A stretch of 64,000 nucleotides of DNA from Actinomycetota bacterium (GTDB lineage: Bacteria > Actinomycetota > Aquicultoria > SURF-47), in NCBI GenBank assembly GCA_003599235.1, contig QZJE01000007.1:16585-80584 (forward strand), in the 5' to 3' direction. A program made the position numbers and the translations under genes. The notes beneath the pieces were generated by a model, which had not been told where the DNA came from, made no database searches, and worked only from the letters and a program-made list of their open reading frames with translations. Of this stretch, positions 38,101 through 48,387 are shown in pieces. Each line of letters starts with the position of its first letter. Within the stretch, counting starts at the first letter, position 1.

Positions 38101-40923
38101 TCAAGATTTTTTTCGCTTAATTACAAATAACACGCTGCTTGCGATTACAAAAAACAAAGTCATTATGCTGATAAAGAACCCTACCCTAAATGATACCGGC
38201 TCGTAGCTAAAGATTACTGTATGTTTCCCTTTGTTTAACGGAACAGCTCTAAAGGCATAATTAGCCCTAAATATTTCTGCTTTTTTGCCGTCAACATAGA
38301 CGTTCCAACCAGGATAGTAGGTATCTGATAACAATAGCAATCCCTTTTTAGGAGTGCTTACTTTTATCTTTATCTCCTGTGGCTTGTATTTCTTAATTTG
38401 GGTGAGAGCTTTACCTTCGTAATTTTTTATTGCCCCGAAGTATTTTGGCTCCTTTTCGATGATGGGAGTTTGATAATCAAAATTGCTCTTTAATTCCTCG
38501 AGTATTTTGCCGCCGATAGATATCACCTTATAATTAAAAGCCATATAAGCACGGGGCATAACTTTTGTGTTCTGATAAACTGACAAATCTTTTTCATAGT
38601 AAACTAACTTATATCGGTCGGTTGGCTTTAAATATCTTGGCATCAATGCATAGCTGCCTTTTTTCTTATATCCGTTTTCATAACGGCTGCCGCCTTCAAT
38701 AAAAGGATCGCTATTGTAATAAGCAGCTACTTTGCGGCTCTTAGTTGCCGTAGGTGTCTCAAAAGTAAACAGATAAGTTTTACCCTTCGAGTTCTTGATG
38801 GGCTCAAAAAGGTATATGGCGTAAGTATTATCTCTGAATCGGTCGGTATCAGCTTTTGCAGACCTTATCTCTACCCATTGCCCCTTCTGCTTTTCATATA
38901 AATGATACTTAATTGGAATATTTACAACATTGCCAAAGGTGCCCACCAGATAATCGATTTCTGCTAAATCATTCTCGGTTGCTACAAAACTCTGCCCGTA
39001 AACATTCCTGCGCTTAATATCCTGAAAGCGGTCGGCTTTAATGATAACCGGCTGAGTAATATTGATATCAGAGGTATTGATAACATACTTTACATTTAAA
39101 AAATCCATTAATTTTGAGTTAATCATATTGGGCATAATAAAATTGGGCAGCTGCGGGGGTACGTTAAAGTCGGTAATTGTGGTTGCAAAATCAGCATAGC
39201 GCTTAATTAGCAAGGCATCCCTGCCCCTAACATCATAAAAACCGTATACCATGGGAATATTTGGAGACATCACATTAGATAGGGGTAGTACTCTAAAAAG
39301 CGACTTGTCCTTCTTAATATAATTGGTAATAGTAGTCGGCGGATAAACATAGTCTTTTTTAATATAGGAATTAAGATTTACTCCAAATAAAAATAAGTCT
39401 GCTACCAAAAAAACTAAAAAAGCGTTTTTAAGCCACTCTTTTGGTATCTTCATAAGATAACGCAATGTAAGCAGTATTGTTGCCAGGATAACTAACATAA
39501 ACTGAAAGCGATAAATTGATAGCACTGCTCTTAGGTTTTGTAAGGTCAAAGCGAACTTTATGAAAAGAGCTATGGCCCCTACATTGATTAAGCCAATTCC
39601 GGCTGCCATTCTAAGATTTGTTTTCTCCTCTAAAAATAACTGGTCGAAACCAACGGCAGCTAAATAAGCAAATGCAAAAGTCAAAGTATAAACAAAGCGC
39701 TGAGGAGGCTGGGTTGCAAAAATCGGTATCTTATATAATATTTTTCCAATCGCTAAGCTAAATATCAACAACAATGAATATAGGGAAACAATTACAAAAG
39801 CTAGGTGCTCTTTAAGTAACTTTCTGGTACTTACTGCTAAAAACACCAGGTAGGGAGTAAGCAACCCCATATAAGTCGACATTTCAATAAAATTATAACG
39901 ATACAGCCCAGTCCAAAAACCATCCTTTAAGTTTCCAAAAAGAAACGGAAATATCATCAAAACAACTGATGTTAGCGGCAATCCGTTGCTAGTGTAGCCA
40001 GAAGCCGTTCTGGCTTCATATTGGTAAGTAAGCTTCATAAACTCTACTCCCGGCACCAAGAAGATAGCAGCTAAAAGCAAACTAACAAACACTGCCAGAA
40101 TAAATAAAAAAAATTTCTTTAGTACTTCCTGCCCTCTAACCTGGTAGAGTCTCGCCAGGCAGTAAATACCTAATAGAAGAAAGCTCTGAACTGTGCTTCC
40201 CGGGTGGCCGGCAAATATTAAAAAAGCAAGAGCTAGACTTAAACCCATACAATCAAGATAATTGCCGTTTCTTATGATGCGCTCGCCAAAAAGTAAAATC
40301 AGCGGAAGCCAAATAGCCACGCTGGTGTGAGGCCAATTCAACCAGTTGATAAAAAAGGCAGAAAAGATGTAGACGCAAGCCCCAAAAACAGAGGCTTTAT
40401 GGCTAAGCCGGTACTGCTTTAAAAACAGATACATAAAAACACCGGCTAAAAACAACTTAAAAAAAGCTACAATATTAAGAGCTAGCGCAGGAGAAGTTAC
40501 ATAGAAAAATATGTTTATCGGATCCAGCACTCCTGATTGCCAGTTAGCAAAAAGCGGTGCTCCGCATAAAATATATGGGTTCCATAAAGGGAAAAAACCG
40601 CCGGAGAATGCCACTTTCATAAAATAATGCCAGGGGAAAAAAGCGGTTACCGGATCTCCTAATAAGCGGTTATGGATGGGCAATATTTTGCTTAAAATTG
40701 CCGGGTTAGTATATGACCATGGAGGCCATTGGTAAATTATGTCGCCCGGGAAAAAGGAATACCCTAAGAAAATACGGTACAAAAACAAGCAGACGACAAC
40801 TAAAATAAAGATAAACCCGAACTTGTTCTTTAATAAGAAATTTTGAAGTTTGCTAGATACGATTTTTAACAAACCTTGCCCCGCGTCTAACTGTTTCTTT
40901 AAAACCGTAACTGCTGTATACAT
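38101..40923 (-). CDS. YfhO-family-like polytopic membrane protein (putative GT-C-type glycosyltransferase for cell-wall glycopolymer modification)
   Basis: 940 aa with an N-terminal ~550 aa of many TM helices and conserved YfhO-like residues (FFPGDIIYQWPPW, PLWNPYILCGAPLFANWQSG), a C-terminal extracytoplasmic domain and a final TM helix. Confidence 0.6.
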   Translation of the reverse strand: MYTAVTVLKKQLDAGQGLLKIVSSKLQNFLLKNKFGFIFILVVVCLFLYRIFLGYSFFPGDIIYQWPPWSYTNPAILSKILPIHNRLLGDPVTAFFPWHYFMKVAFSGGFFPLWNPYILCGAPLFANWQSGVLDPINIFFYVTSPALALNIVAFFKLFLAGVFMYLFLKQYRLSHKASVFGACVYIFSAFFINWLNWPHTSVAIWLPLILLFGERIIRNGNYLDCMGLSLALAFLIFAGHPGSTVQSFLLLGIYCLARLYQVRGQEVLKKFFLFILAVFVSLLLAAIFLVPGVEFMKLTYQYEARTASGYTSNGLPLTSVVLMIFPFLFGNLKDGFWTGLYRYNFIEMSTYMGLLTPYLVFLAVSTRKLLKEHLAFVIVSLYSLLLIFSLAIGKILYKIPIFATQPPQRFVYTLTFAFAYLAAVGFDQLFLEEKTNLRMAAGIGLINVGAIALFIKFALTLQNLRAVLSIYRFQFMLVILATILLTLRYLMKIPKEWLKNAFLVFLVADLFLFGVNLNSYIKKDYVYPPTTITNYIKKDKSLFRVLPLSNVMSPNIPMVYGFYDVRGRDALLIKRYADFATTITDFNVPPQLPNFIMPNMINSKLMDFLNVKYVINTSDINITQPVIIKADRFQDIKRRNVYGQSFVATENDLAEIDYLVGTFGNVVNIPIKYHLYEKQKGQWVEIRSAKADTDRFRDNTYAIYLFEPIKNSKGKTYLFTFETPTATKSRKVAAYYNSDPFIEGGSRYENGYKKKGSYALMPRYLKPTDRYKLVYYEKDLSVYQNTKVMPRAYMAFNYKVISIGGKILEELKSNFDYQTPIIEKEPKYFGAIKNYEGKALTQIKKYKPQEIKIKVSTPKKGLLLLSDTYYPGWNVYVDGKKAEIFRANYAFRAVPLNKGKHTVIFSYEPVSFRVGFFISIMTLFFVIASSVLFVIKRKKS

Positions 40924-43345
40924 CCCTTAATTTTCTGATGTAATGGCGCTTTGATGAATTAGTAACTGCAGCCATAGGAGCCGGATTATATGATGCCAGT
41001 AACTTTGGAGAATACTGGCCGAACTTGTCAGGAGCAATCATAGGATTGGCACAAAACGGAATTAGCGGAGCAACCGCTTTCTCCCAACTATATTCACAAG
41101 CAACTTCTATTAAGTTATCCTTGCACTTCTGATATAACTTCTGATCTTCAAGCAAAGTAATAATAGCTTCAGCAATGGAGCTCGGATCATCTTCTTTAAC
41201 TGTTATGCCAAGAGTTTTTTGCTCGATTAAATCCGATATTGCGTCCCCCTGAGTTGAGATTACCGGCAAGTTAGCCCAGATGTAATCCAGAATGCGGGTT
41301 CTAAAAGAAAACCTGGTTTCTATATGGTTAAAGTGAGTGCTAATACCAATATCGGCATCAAGTAAAAAGTTAGCTCTGTCTGCATATTCTACCCAGCCAA
41401 AGTTAAAAAATACTGTTTGATCGTATAAACCAAGCTCTTTGGCAAGCTCAACAGCCCTTAAACACATCTCCATCTCTGGCACATTGGGATTTGGGTGTTT
41501 TACCCCCATAAAATATAACTTAATATCAGTTCTTTTAGAGCCGATTAACTCCATAGCTTTTATTAAAGACAACGGATCGAACCAGTTATAAACTCCGCCA
41601 CCCCATAAAATAACCTTGTCACTCATACCGATACCCGGAACAGTACCTTTGATAGCTTTTCTGGTCTGGGTGGGCTCAGCTGAGGGAATACCGAATGGAA
41701 CCACATCAATTAATGATTTTAAACTAACATCGCTATCATACGTCTGAGGGTTTATCCGGCCCAGGGCACTTAAGTTTCCAATCCAGAAATCTTTTTGTTT
41801 CTCTGAGGCACAAACAAAGAAATCGCCCCGCTCTAACTGGAAGCGGTGAGCTCTTAGCGCTAAATCACATTCAGTAAAGCGGCGGTCGATATCAAGCTGT
41901 TTATGCTGCTCTAAAAGAGATAAAACAAAAGGGTCATAAATATCGACAACCAGGGGTTTATCTATATCAATAAGATACGGACTAGCTGCTAAAGTCATCC
42001 CCTGGCAGATAATCACGTCGTGTTCTTCAGCCATTTCCTTAACATCTTTAGCCCATTGATATTGCTTTACGGTAAACATCGGATGCTGCATGGGATCCTC
42101 ATTGGGCACGGCCAGTGTTACTTCAAAATCTTTGCTTAGCACGTTAGCAATCTCAAAACACCTGATGCCTGGCCCGGCCATTTTCTCTGCCACTACCTCG
42201 TTTGTAAGTATCATAACCTTGGTAGCCTTTGGCTTTAAAAAGATGTCATATATACCCAGGGCATGCTGGATATCTATCTGGGCGTTTTGATATTCCTCTC
42301 CTTGAAAAATAGAGAAAAATATCTCGCCGAACAATTTAAAAAGTGAAGTATCGGAGCGCTTCCTTAAAGCTTGGACTTTCTTTCTTTTTTCTTTAAGGCC
42401 AGGCAGTTGGCGGATAAAATCCTCCACCGCTAGAATATAGCTTACCCCTAGTTTAGGAACATCGGTTTTCTCCCCTGTGGCTTCAGAGCCTATACGGTAA
42501 TCATCAACTTTTTCTTTTAAGCACAGAGCTGCCCTTTTATTTAATAGCAAAAGAACCGCCGGCAAAACTTTTTCTAGTACTTGGTCGCTATAGTTTTTGT
42601 AGATGGTAGCTAATGCATTGCGCTCATATAATAACTGCAATTTTTCCTGGCCAATTTTGCTTGAGGTTCCATGGTGACGGTGGTAAGCAACTGATGTCGG
42701 CACAAAAAGCACCTTGTACCCGGCCAGCCAAAGACGCCAGCCAAAATCCACATCTTCGTAGAAGGCAAAATAGTCTTCGTCGAAACCGCCAACTTTTAGA
42801 AAAACATCCCTGTTAACCAGCATTGAGCCGCCGTTTACAAAAAGCATGTAACGGGGTTCGTTATACTCGTTTTTTCTAAGCGGTTTTTCGAAATCAATTT
42901 GGAACCCGCGCCCTTCAAAGTTCATCATCCCTAAAACAAAGTCTATCTTCTTGCCCTCCCAATCAAGAACTTTAGAGCCGGTGCACGCTAATTCGCTATC
43001 ACTTATCAAAGGTTTAGCTAGTTCTGTTAGCCAATCTTTTTCTACTTTCATATCGTTATTAAGCAAGGCGATATGGCTACCGGTTGCTACTTTGGCTCCC
43101 TGATTGACAGCCGGGGCAAACCCTTTGTTTTCTTTGTTAGAAACTACCTTTACTTCCGGGAAGTCTTTGGCCAGTAACTCAACTGAGCCGTCTGTGCTGT
43201 CGTTATCGACTACCACAACCTCTACTTTTTCCTTAGGGTAATCGAGCTCCTTTAAAGAATTAAGGCAGGTGGGAAGATGCTTAATGCCGTTATAATTAAC
43301 CAAAATAATGCTAACCTTAGGAAGATTTAACATAAGTTTAGCCAT
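40853..43345 (-). CDS. Bifunctional glycosyltransferase, N-terminal GT2 and C-terminal GT4 (candidate glycan polymerase)
   Basis: 830 aa. GT2 signature VSIILVNYNGIKHL...VVVVDNDSTDGS at the N-terminus and a C-terminal GT-B retaining-type (GT4) domain. Confidence 0.75.
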   Translation of the reverse strand: MAKLMLNLPKVSIILVNYNGIKHLPTCLNSLKELDYPKEKVEVVVVDNDSTDGSVELLAKDFPEVKVVSNKENKGFAPAVNQGAKVATGSHIALLNNDMKVEKDWLTELAKPLISDSELACTGSKVLDWEGKKIDFVLGMMNFEGRGFQIDFEKPLRKNEYNEPRYMLFVNGGSMLVNRDVFLKVGGFDEDYFAFYEDVDFGWRLWLAGYKVLFVPTSVAYHRHHGTSSKIGQEKLQLLYERNALATIYKNYSDQVLEKVLPAVLLLLNKRAALCLKEKVDDYRIGSEATGEKTDVPKLGVSYILAVEDFIRQLPGLKEKRKKVQALRKRSDTSLFKLFGEIFFSIFQGEEYQNAQIDIQHALGIYDIFLKPKATKVMILTNEVVAEKMAGPGIRCFEIANVLSKDFEVTLAVPNEDPMQHPMFTVKQYQWAKDVKEMAEEHDVIICQGMTLAASPYLIDIDKPLVVDIYDPFVLSLLEQHKQLDIDRRFTECDLALRAHRFQLERGDFFVCASEKQKDFWIGNLSALGRINPQTYDSDVSLKSLIDVVPFGIPSAEPTQTRKAIKGTVPGIGMSDKVILWGGGVYNWFDPLSLIKAMELIGSKRTDIKLYFMGVKHPNPNVPEMEMCLRAVELAKELGLYDQTVFFNFGWVEYADRANFLLDADIGISTHFNHIETRFSFRTRILDYIWANLPVISTQGDAISDLIEQKTLGITVKEDDPSSIAEAIITLLEDQKLYQKCKDNLIEVACEYSWEKAVAPLIPFCANPMIAPDKFGQYSPKLLASYNPAPMAAVTNSSKRHYIRKLRDVYSSYGFKETVRRGARFVKNRI

Positions 43346-44387
43346 TGTTTTTCCTCCCCATACCTTTTACTTTTGAATAGACTTTGTAAGGAGTAGCGTT
43401 TTGGATTTTAGCCATCCATTCCTCGAGGTTGCGAATATGCTGCTCTTTGTCACGGATAATAGCCTCTAAGTTGGTTATATGAACATCTTTTTCTTTAAGC
43501 ATTATATGTACTCTTTCTAATTCGCCTACCATGGCTTCCATTTTTTCCTGATGTTTTAGGTTAAGCAAAGACAGCAACATGGAAAAATCGTTAAAAAAGT
43601 TTTTGTTTTCAGCTGAGCTTAAATTATCAAACTTTTTTTGCACAGCATCCAGAGGATCCTTTTTCTTTGAAGCCACAATTACCGTCCGGTAACTGGGATT
43701 TCTATGATCGCTTTCGTAATAATTTTGGTTGTAGAACCTGTCTAATAATTGATGTAATTTTTCCGAATCATTTAAAGACTGTACATACATTTTAGCCACC
43801 TGCATAGGAAGCCAATTATATAAATAGCCGCTGGGAATAGTTATCTTAGAAAAGCCACTGTCAGAAAAATATGAGACAACTTCGTTTAATTGGGGCAAAC
43901 CATTATCTAAGTGTTCTTTAAGAATTTGGAACTCTGATTTAAAAGTGCTTAAGAAGAACTGATATGTGATTTCTTCGGCTAGACGGTTATTTTCACTAAA
44001 GTAAGGAGCGATTAAAATAACGTAATTCTTACTTACTCTTGCCAGCTCAGAAAGAAATGCGTCTCTTTTAGAAGCCTCAACATGCTCTAGGGTGTCTAAG
44101 CTGCATACTAAATCGAAGGAGTTATCATCAAAGCTAAGTTTAGCCCCATCTCCCTTCACATAATTTACACTAGTCCGCTCTTTAGGAAGGTCGCTTTTAT
44201 TGTAAACATCTAAAACAGTAATATTGTTATGACTTAAGAAATCGGTGATTACTCCCGGAAAACCGCCTACATCTAATATCTTTAGTTTTTGGCCGTCTTT
44301 TAAAGCGCTAACAATCTCGGCTACATCACGGTAGCGCTGATACATATCAAACGGTAGATTAAGTAAGTCTGTCATTTTATGCTCCAA
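43338..44387 (-). CDS. Class I SAM-dependent methyltransferase with C-terminal coiled coil (WbdD-like chain-terminating/ruler protein candidate)
   Basis: 349 aa with methyltransferase motif I ILDVGGFPG and post-I acidic residue, then a ~100-aa heptad-rich C-terminus (LEAIIRDKEQHIRNLEEWMAKIQ). Overlaps both neighbours. Confidence 0.7.
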   Translation of the reverse strand: MEHKMTDLLNLPFDMYQRYRDVAEIVSALKDGQKLKILDVGGFPGVITDFLSHNNITVLDVYNKSDLPKERTSVNYVKGDGAKLSFDDNSFDLVCSLDTLEHVEASKRDAFLSELARVSKNYVILIAPYFSENNRLAEEITYQFFLSTFKSEFQILKEHLDNGLPQLNEVVSYFSDSGFSKITIPSGYLYNWLPMQVAKMYVQSLNDSEKLHQLLDRFYNQNYYESDHRNPSYRTVIVASKKKDPLDAVQKKFDNLSSAENKNFFNDFSMLLSLLNLKHQEKMEAMVGELERVHIMLKEKDVHITNLEAIIRDKEQHIRNLEEWMAKIQNATPYKVYSKVKGMGRKNNG

Positions 44388-45616
44388 CTTGCCGGTATAT
44401 GAACTATACCGAACCCTTCCTTAATAACCCCTGATTCTATCTCAAAAAAATACATTTCATCATGATGGTCATAAGGGTGCAAACAGCTATGGTCGTATAT
44501 GGCAGCTGAAAAAAGATAGCCTCCTTTTAATAAAGGCAAGGATTTTACCGTGTAATCAACGTAGCCTTCGCCTTTTATTTTATCTATCTTGATATCAGCT
44601 ACTTTTGTATTAGGCCCGGTTATGTGAGCTCCGTCTTGTCTGTGAATAGCTACCCCAAAAACAGGTTTATCAATTTCCTGGTGACACTTATAATAGATTC
44701 TAGCCCTCAAGCTATCGGTTGTCTTAAACCGGCTTTTTTTCTTGCCATCCTGGTCAAAGAACTCAACCCCGGTGATTTCTGCTTCTTTTGAGCCCCACCT
44801 GCGGCCATATTTGCCGATTTTCTCCGCTTTGTGCTCTGCGCTTTCCTCTTCCTGCTTATTAATACTGTCAAGGTAAGCGTCTACTACCTTAGCAGCTTTA
44901 CCAAGCTCTTGAGGCTTACCATTATCCAACCACAGAATCCTGTCACAAAGGTTTCTCATCTCCTCAAGGGCATGTGAAACAATTATAATGGTTTTGTTAG
45001 ACTTTTTGAACTCGAGTATCTTCTGATTACAGCGATGCTGGAAATGCTCATCGCCAACCGCTAATACTTCGTCAATTACCAGTATGTCTGGGTCCACATT
45101 AATAGCCACCGCAAAACCAAGGCGGATAAACATCCCCGATGAATAATGCTTTACCGGAGTATCGATAAACTTTTCCAGCTCAGCAAACTCTACTATTTCA
45201 TCAAACATCATATCGATTTGCTTTCTTTTCATCCCCAAGATAGATCCGTTAAGATAAACATTTTCCCGGCCGGTAAGCTCTGGGTGAAAACCAGCTCCCA
45301 ACTCCAGCAAACCCGATATTTTTCCCATAGTTTGTATTGAGCCGCTGGTCGGAGTATAGACCTTGGTTAAAATCTTAAGCAAAGTGCTTTTCCCGGAGCC
45401 GTTTTCGCCTATGATGCCGAAAGATTCCCCTTCGTTAACATCAAATGAAACATTTTTTAGGGCCCAAAACTCTTCAAAACTGCGCTTTTTTTGACGGCGC
45501 AAAGCAGCTTCCTTAAAGCTCCTGCTTCTGTCGCGATATAAACGAAAGCTTTTCGATACGTCTTTTACTTGAGCTGCTAACCCCTTTTCGGAGGCAGAAT
45601 TCTTGGTTACAAACAT
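44372..45616 (-). CDS. wzt: Polysaccharide ABC exporter ATP-binding protein with C-terminal carbohydrate-binding domain (Wzt/TagH type)
   Basis: 414 aa with Walker A GENGSGKST, ABC signature and Walker B, plus a ~150-aa C-terminal beta-sandwich extension typical of Wzt. Confidence 0.8.
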   Translation of the reverse strand: MFVTKNSASEKGLAAQVKDVSKSFRLYRDRSRSFKEAALRRQKKRSFEEFWALKNVSFDVNEGESFGIIGENGSGKSTLLKILTKVYTPTSGSIQTMGKISGLLELGAGFHPELTGRENVYLNGSILGMKRKQIDMMFDEIVEFAELEKFIDTPVKHYSSGMFIRLGFAVAINVDPDILVIDEVLAVGDEHFQHRCNQKILEFKKSNKTIIIVSHALEEMRNLCDRILWLDNGKPQELGKAAKVVDAYLDSINKQEEESAEHKAEKIGKYGRRWGSKEAEITGVEFFDQDGKKKSRFKTTDSLRARIYYKCHQEIDKPVFGVAIHRQDGAHITGPNTKVADIKIDKIKGEGYVDYTVKSLPLLKGGYLFSAAIYDHSCLHPYDHHDEMYFFEIESGVIKEGFGIVHIPASWSIK

Positions 45617-46459
45617 CTATATTTCACCTGCAATCTTTTCTTCTTGTTTTTTAAAGAAAGCATAACTGATAAGGAAAAACACTGCAGAGAAAATGCCAGT
45701 ATAGGCTAGTAATTTTAGGCTAGGAATCTCAACAAAATATAGTACTCGTTGATAAATCAAAATAATCGAAGCCATAGGATTAAGCTTATAGACAAAGGGC
45801 ACCCAGCTTAAGTTGTAATGAGTAGCAGCTGTAGATAATTGCTCTACCTTAATAAATGGATAAATAATAGGGCAAGCCCAAAACCAAATCATAAGCATTA
45901 TGTTGAGCAAGTGCTTTGTATCTCTAAAAAAAACATTGGAATAAGAGGCCAGTAAAGACATCCCTAAGATAAAAAAGCTTTCGATAATTATTATTAGAAT
46001 TAAAACCGGTATCATCGGATAAAAATAGAAACCAAATATGGTTAAGAAAACAAAAAGGACGGATAGCTCAATGCCAAAAGTAACCAAATTAGCTAATACT
46101 GAGGCAAAAGGAATAATTTCGCGGGGAAAATATATCTTTTTAACTAATCCCCCGGAGTCTACCAGCGAGCCTACTGACATCACCAGGGAATTAGAAAAAT
46201 AATTCCAGGCCAACAAACCGCTTATTAAAAAAACAGCAAAACTGGTTTTGCCATGATAACCGGGGTATGAAAGCAGCGCATTGTCCATCCCCATCACCTT
46301 TCCGGCGATAATTGAATAAACAGCAACTAAGACCAGGGGGTTAGCAAAAGACCACAGAAAGCCAAAAACACTGCGTTTATACTTAACCTTAAGTTCCCTG
46401 CTTATTAAATTAAATAAAAGCTCTCTATGTTCTATTAATTGTTTGAAATTGCTAATCAA
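45617..46459 (-). CDS. wzm: ABC-2 type polysaccharide exporter permease
   Basis: 280 aa, 6-TM ABC-2 permease, immediately upstream of wzt. Confidence 0.75.
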   Translation of the reverse strand: MISNFKQLIEHRELLFNLISRELKVKYKRSVFGFLWSFANPLVLVAVYSIIAGKVMGMDNALLSYPGYHGKTSFAVFLISGLLAWNYFSNSLVMSVGSLVDSGGLVKKIYFPREIIPFASVLANLVTFGIELSVLFVFLTIFGFYFYPMIPVLILIIIIESFFILGMSLLASYSNVFFRDTKHLLNIMLMIWFWACPIIYPFIKVEQLSTAATHYNLSWVPFVYKLNPMASIILIYQRVLYFVEIPSLKLLAYTGIFSAVFFLISYAFFKKQEEKIAGEI

Positions 46460-46517
46460 TATCCACCATCAAAGTTTTGGATTAAATAAGATACATTACG
46501 GTAGTATTTTACCATAG

Positions 46518-46537
46518 ATAGTTAAAAGGGCAGGCAT
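46518..46537 (-). terminator. Rho-independent terminator hairpin after rfbD (GGGCAGG-loop-CCTGCCC followed by a T-tract on the minus strand), part of a set of mutually exclusive GC hairpins
   Basis: Minus-strand RNA reads GGGCAGGUUGAUGCCUGCCC then UUUUAAC. Upstream are the overlapping alternative hairpins CCCCTACAGTAGGGG (46535..46549) and GGGCGAGA..TCTCGCCC (46547..46566). A -10-like TAAAAT follows before wzm. Confidence 0.5.
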
Positions 46538-46582
46538 CAACCTGCCCCTACAGTAGGGGCGAGATACTTCTCGCCCTAAACT

Positions 46583-47431
46583 TTATTCTCCAGCCAGGTA
46601 TTCAGCCAGTGCTTCCTGCCAAGGCCTTAATAGCTTAAAGCCTCGAAGTTCTAGCGAGTAATTTTTTAGCACCGAATAAGCCGGACGGGGTGCCGGGCGG
46701 GGAAAATCGTCAGTAGTACAAGGCTCAACATGGGTAGTGATGCCTTTTTGCTTAAATATTTCTTTGGTAAAGCTGTACCAGGAACAACTTTCTTGATTAG
46801 TAACATGATACAAACCAAACTGGCCAGATTTAACGATTTCAATACACTTTGAGGCTAAATCCTTAGAGTATGTAGGAGAGCCAATTTGGTCATCAACTAC
46901 CTTTAAACTCGGCTTTTCTTGGCCTAGGGCAATCATAGTTCTTACAAAGTTCTTGCCTTGGCCGTAAACCCAGGCTGTTCTTACAATATAGTAGCGGGTA
47001 AGCAAGCTTTGAATATAGCGCTCTCCTGCCAGCTTCGAACGCCCGTAGATACTTTGGGGGGCCGGATCGTCAAACTCTGAGTAAGGCTCGATGGCTTGCC
47101 CGTCAAAAACATAATCCGTACTTACGTATAAGCAAGGGATGTTTTGTGCTTGGCAAGCCAAAGCGATATTTTGAGTGCCCACTGCATTTACCTTGTAGGC
47201 AAGATCGGGGTTTTGTTGACATCCGTCTACGTCAGTATAAGCTGCCGGATGAAGAACAATATCTGGTTTGGCTTCATCAAAGGCCTGATTAACTGCCCTT
47301 AAGTCTGTGATATCTAAGATATGCGAAGCAGCAGTTCCTTCTAAATCACAAGCATAAACTTCATCTTCTTTAAGAAGTTCTAAAAACTCCAATCCAAGCT
47401 GGCCAGCACTTCCGGTAACTAAGATCCTCAT
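46583..47431 (-). CDS. rfbD: dTDP-4-dehydrorhamnose reductase
   Basis: 282 aa, RmlD family (MRILVTGSAGQLG Rossmann motif; YxxxK). Confidence 0.85.
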   Translation of the reverse strand: MRILVTGSAGQLGLEFLELLKEDEVYACDLEGTAASHILDITDLRAVNQAFDEAKPDIVLHPAAYTDVDGCQQNPDLAYKVNAVGTQNIALACQAQNIPCLYVSTDYVFDGQAIEPYSEFDDPAPQSIYGRSKLAGERYIQSLLTRYYIVRTAWVYGQGKNFVRTMIALGQEKPSLKVVDDQIGSPTYSKDLASKCIEIVKSGQFGLYHVTNQESCSWYSFTKEIFKQKGITTHVEPCTTDDFPRPAPRPAYSVLKNYSLELRGFKLLRPWQEALAEYLAGE

Positions 47432-48387
47432 TTTTTAAGCGGTCTCCACCACCACTCGTTTTCTAAGTACCATTTAACTGTTTCTTCTAAAGCTTGTTTA
47501 AAGTTTCTTTTAGGCTGCCAGCCAAGCTCTTTAATCTTATCCACTGCTATTGAATAACGAAAATCATGGCCCAGCCTGTCATCTACATAAGTTATCAAAC
47601 TTTCCGGCTTACCCATTATCCCTAGAATTTCCTTGGTAATCTCCATGTTGGGAGTTTCGTTCCCCGCACCCAAGTTGTAAATCTCGCCTTCCTTACCTTT
47701 ATGTAATACTACATCTAACCCACGGCAGTTATCCTCGACATAAAGCCAATCGCGCATATTCTCTCCGCTGCCATACACCGGCAAGGGTTTATCCTCCATT
47801 GCATTAGTTACAAAAAGAGGAATTAATTTTTCCGGATACTGATAAGGGCCAAAATTGTTAGAGCTCCTGGTGATTATTACCGGATATTTATAGGTAATAA
47901 AGTAAGACATCGCTAGCAAATCGCCGCCGGCTTTACTTGACGAATAAGGGCTGCTGGGAGTTAAGCAATCAGTTTCCTTAAAAGAGCCTTCTTTTATAGA
48001 GCCATAAACCTCATCAGTTGATATTTGAATAAAACGAGGCACTTTAGCAGCTTTTGCAATATTTAGCAGATTATTTACCCCTAATACATTAGTTCTGACA
48101 AACTCATCAGGATGAGTAATTGAGCGGTCTACGTGGGACTCAGCTGCAAAGCTAACGACGGCATCTATGCTGCCGTCGATTATCTCGGATACTAGCTTAG
48201 CGTCGCAGATATCTCCTTTAATAAAAGAGTAGTTAGAGTTGTCTTCTAAGCCTTTTAGGTTATCTATATTGCCAGCATAAGTCAGCTTATCAAGGTTAAT
48301 AATTTTATAATCAGGGTGCTGTTTTAGCATTAGTCGAACAAAATTACTACCTATAAAACCAGCTCCACCAGTAACTAAGATTTTCAT
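47428..48387 (-). CDS. rfbB: dTDP-glucose 4,6-dehydratase
   Basis: 319 aa, SDR extended family (MKILVTGGAGFIGSNF; YSSSKAGGD catalytic motif). Confidence 0.9.
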   Translation of the reverse strand: MKILVTGGAGFIGSNFVRLMLKQHPDYKIINLDKLTYAGNIDNLKGLEDNSNYSFIKGDICDAKLVSEIIDGSIDAVVSFAAESHVDRSITHPDEFVRTNVLGVNNLLNIAKAAKVPRFIQISTDEVYGSIKEGSFKETDCLTPSSPYSSSKAGGDLLAMSYFITYKYPVIITRSSNNFGPYQYPEKLIPLFVTNAMEDKPLPVYGSGENMRDWLYVEDNCRGLDVVLHKGKEGEIYNLGAGNETPNMEITKEILGIMGKPESLITYVDDRLGHDFRYSIAVDKIKELGWQPKRNFKQALEETVKWYLENEWWWRPLKK

